DNA from: a virus
Length of the DNA: 40,848 nucleotides
Strand: one strand, 5' to 3'
IMG/VR virus record: IMGVR_UViG_3300043609_000024
Below the pieces are notes generated by a model. It was not told the origin of the DNA, searched no databases, and saw nothing but the letters and a program-made list of their open reading frames with translations. The stretch's first letter is position 1, and each line of letters starts with the position of its first letter. Shown here piece after piece: positions 38,720 through 40,848 of the stretch. Made by a program: the position numbers and the translations under genes.

Positions 38720-40044
38720 CAGCGTGCCGTCCCTGTTCGCCCGTCAGGCAGCTTGAACCGCGTGCCCGGGGAGAGCTTCAGGGCGTCAGCCTCGGAAGCG
38801 GCGTTCACCACTTCTCCACCGGCAGGTGCAGGCGCGGCCCCGGATGAAGGCGCGATCTGAGTGGTGTCGCCACCGACTTTTCTGACGGCGCGTTCTTCGA
38901 TTTCGCGGTCGCGCTTCGCTGCCGCCAGCACGTCGCCGAACGCCGCGCGCTTGGTTTCCATCGAGATGTTCGGGTTGTTGTACATCGCGATGAATTTCTT
39001 CATCTCGAAGTCGGTGGACTGGCCTTTCAGGATGTTGGACATCGCCCCGGTGGCGACCTTGTTCATGGTATTGTCGAACTCGGTGGTGCGCTGGGCCTTT
39101 TCCTTGTCGCCGAGGTAATTGCCGACGAGCGGGGCATTGCCAAGTGCGGTCTGGCCCCCTGCTGAAGGCCCCGTGAAAATGCCCTTGTCGAGCGCCTCTT
39201 GGGCCCGTCCAAGCTCGTTGACCATCAGGTTCTTCTGGGTGAGTTGCTGCTCCAGTTCCGCCACCGCCTTGGCCTTGACGGGGTCGGCAGCGGCGGCAGC
39301 CACGGTGGCGTCGGCCGTCAGCTTGGCGTTGCGCTCCCGGCTGGCGCGGTCTTCCGTGGCGGTATCCGCCCCGATGTCCTGTCCCCGAACCGTGATGTCC
39401 TGCCCTCGGGCCGCAGTGTTTGCTCCGATATCCTGCCCCCTAACGTCGATGTCCTGACCACGGGCTGCGGTGTTTGCCGTCATGTCCTGACCACGAGTTG
39501 CGGTCTGCGCCCCGATGTCCTGACCACGGGCTGTTATGTCCTGACCCCGGGCGTCGATGTCCTGACCACGGGTTGCGGTGCTTGCCGTTATGTCCTGACC
39601 ACGGGCCGTTACGTCCTGACCACGGGTTGTGGTCTGCGCGGTGATGTCCTGCCCCCGGTTTGTCGATGCGATCTGTGCCGCCGCCCGGCGGTTCTCCGCC
39701 AAGGTCGAGAGCGCCTGCCGGGCGAGTTCGGGGTCGGCGGAGTTGATGATCGCTACCTGCTGCGAGGTCGGGCCCTTCTCCCAATCGACGCCCGCCATTA
39801 CCCGCGCCAGCGTCTCCTTCTGCGCCGCGAGGGCTTGATCGGCGCGCCCCTGCTGCATGCGGTCGCCGACAACGCCGAGAACATGACCGATACCGCCCGG
39901 GATGGTCGCCATCATAGCGGCATCGGGCTTCTCCGCCGCCTGCTGCGCCAGCAAGTCCTTCTGCCGCTGCTCCAGCGCCTTGATGGTCATCGCCTTCATC
40001 GGGTCGCTGTAGCCCGACGTGGTGGTGGATGCGAAAATTGCCAT
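38719..40044 (-). CDS. Internal virion/ejection protein candidate with an RGQD repeat array (441 aa)
   Basis: Eleven RGQD[IVM]xx units of alternating 7 and 11 aa at residues 130-230. Lies directly downstream of the transglycosylase-like gene. Confidence 0.6.
   Translation of the reverse strand: MAIFASTTTSGYSDPMKAMTIKALEQRQKDLLAQQAAEKPDAAMMATIPGGIGHVLGVVGDRMQQGRADQALAAQKETLARVMAGVDWEKGPTSQQVAIINSADPELARQALSTLAENRRAAAQIASTNRGQDITAQTTTRGQDVTARGQDITASTATRGQDIDARGQDITARGQDIGAQTATRGQDMTANTAARGQDIDVRGQDIGANTAARGQDITVRGQDIGADTATEDRASRERNAKLTADATVAAAAADPVKAKAVAELEQQLTQKNLMVNELGRAQEALDKGIFTGPSAGGQTALGNAPLVGNYLGDKEKAQRTTEFDNTMNKVATGAMSNILKGQSTDFEMKKFIAMYNNPNISMETKRAAFGDVLAAAKRDREIEERAVRKVGGDTTQIAPSSGAAPAPAGGEVVNAASEADALKLSPGTRFKLPDGRTGTAR
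39355..39657 (-). repeat. Coding tandem repeat (21-nt and 33-nt units) encoding the RGQD array
   Basis: RGQDITAQTTT RGQDVTA RGQDITASTAT RGQDIDA RGQDITA RGQDIGAQTAT RGQDMTANTAA RGQDIDV RGQDIGANTAA RGQDITV RGQDIGADTAT. Confidence 0.9.
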
Positions 40045-40045
40045 C

Positions 40046-40848
40046 TCAGTACAACTTTCTGCTGTTCAGTCGTTGCAACGCCATAGCCAATTGCTGCCGC
40101 TGCGCCTCGGCTATCCGGGGATCGACGACAGGCTGAATACCCGGCGGCATCGGCAGGGACGCTGACGGAAGGTTGGCAGGGCCCGAGGCCCGGGCCGCGT
40201 TCTGGGCCACCGGGCCCTTGGCGAAGAGTTCGCCGAGGCCCGAAAATGCGTCTCCCGCGATCTCCTGCTTGGACTTCGTTTTATCGCCTGCCACTTCAGC
40301 CAATGCCCCCTTGTTCGGTTCGCCGCCGCCCGCCTCGGCGATGTTCGCTTGGGTTTCAGCGGCGGGGCTCGCAGGGCTCGCAGGGCTCGCGGTGTTCCCC
40401 TCCGGATCGTCCAAGGGGTTGGGCACGACGGTGGCGGCAGGTTGAACGACGCTCGCGGTGTCCGCACCGCCCTGCCCCATGCCGCGCAGGACGCGAGCAT
40501 TCCACATTTTGGCGAATTCGCCGCTGGTGAGGTTCTCGACGGAGCCGTAGCGGGCCTTATCCTTGTCAGGGACGTTGCCCCAGATCGCCAGCCGGGACCA
40601 ACCTTCGCCCTTGTTGCGGCCTTCACCCGTCGCGTGCATGGACTGCCACGCCGGACGATCCGGCTTGGTGATGTGTTCGTAGGAGCCGCCGACGCCCTGC
40701 TGGTGCACGAGGTAGATTTCGCCGGGCGTCAGTTCTCGCCCGAGCTTGTTCGCCACCTGATCGGCTTCATTTTGCAGCTTGAGCGCGGCGATGCGTTCGT
40801 TTTCCTTGCCGTTGAAAATGTCGCCTTTCCCACCCAGCCGTTTGAATT
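40046..40848 (-). CDS. C-terminal part of the transglycosylase-like virion protein (same gene as 1..317)
   Basis: No in-frame stop from 40848 down to the TGA at 40046-40048. The sequence ...TPGEIYLVHQQGVGG... continues the muramidase-like N-domain. The C-terminal half is A/P/G-rich. The ORF-track start at 40756 is an internal codon. Confidence 0.8.
   Translation of the reverse strand, partial: FKRLGGKGDIFNGKENERIAALKLQNEADQVANKLGRELTPGEIYLVHQQGVGGSYEHITKPDRPAWQSMHATGEGRNKGEGWSRLAIWGNVPDKDKARYGSVENLTSGEFAKMWNARVLRGMGQGGADTASVVQPAATVVPNPLDDPEGNTASPASPASPAAETQANIAEAGGGEPNKGALAEVAGDKTKSKQEIAGDAFSGLGELFAKGPVAQNAARASGPANLPSASLPMPPGIQPVVDPRIAEAQRQQLAMALQRLNSRKLY
40722..40848. repeat. Second copy of the 127-bp terminal overlap
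   Basis: Identical to bases 1-127. Confidence 0.95.

Overview
The window is a complete, circularly closed, high-GC dsDNA phage genome. Bases 1-127 are identical to 40722-40848, so the unique length is 40,721 bp. The architecture is podovirus-like: gene order resembles T7, but I saw no phage RNA polymerase, tape measure, sheath, integrase, tRNA or CRISPR array. There are four transcription blocks. (i) A ~25-kb minus-strand packaging/virion polycistron starts at terS (13858). It runs through terL, portal, scaffold, major capsid, tail and ejection proteins, crosses the window ends inside a transglycosylase-like gene, and continues through collagen-like fibres, a lipoprotein and a repeat-rich 559-aa protein to 29399. 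Genes in this block are tightly coupled by ATGA/GTGA/TGATG overlaps. (ii) A plus-strand CobS-like AAA+ / CobT-like VWA pair lies at 14311-17757. (iii) A minus-strand block at 18189-23020 encodes an HTH protein, a prim-pol/D5-type helicase and a family A DNA polymerase. (iv) A plus-strand replication/recombination block at 23124-29402 encodes RuvC, an SNF2 helicase, a DUF2800-type nuclease, a DUF2815-type SSB and small membrane or secreted proteins. Many long ORFs in the track are antisense or off-frame shadows typical of GC-rich DNA and are not called. The items most worth a second look are listed here.
- The CobS/CobT-like module, whose VWA partner carries an HExxH motif.
- The non-coding junction at 17.76-18.64 kb, which holds an 18-unit GC-rich octamer array with G-quadruplex potential, a 21-bp direct repeat copying a gene's 3' end, a 16-bp palindrome, and a 32-bp inverted repeat whose only mismatch becomes a G-U pair in the coding-sense RNA.
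- A GNAT acetyltransferase inside the ejection-protein cluster.
- A ~127-aa Pro/Gly/Met-rich insertion in the portal.
- A lipoprotein gene wedged between a tail fibre and a putative wall hydrolase.
- An RGQD-repeat virion protein.
All functional calls come from motif recognition by eye. No database search was run.
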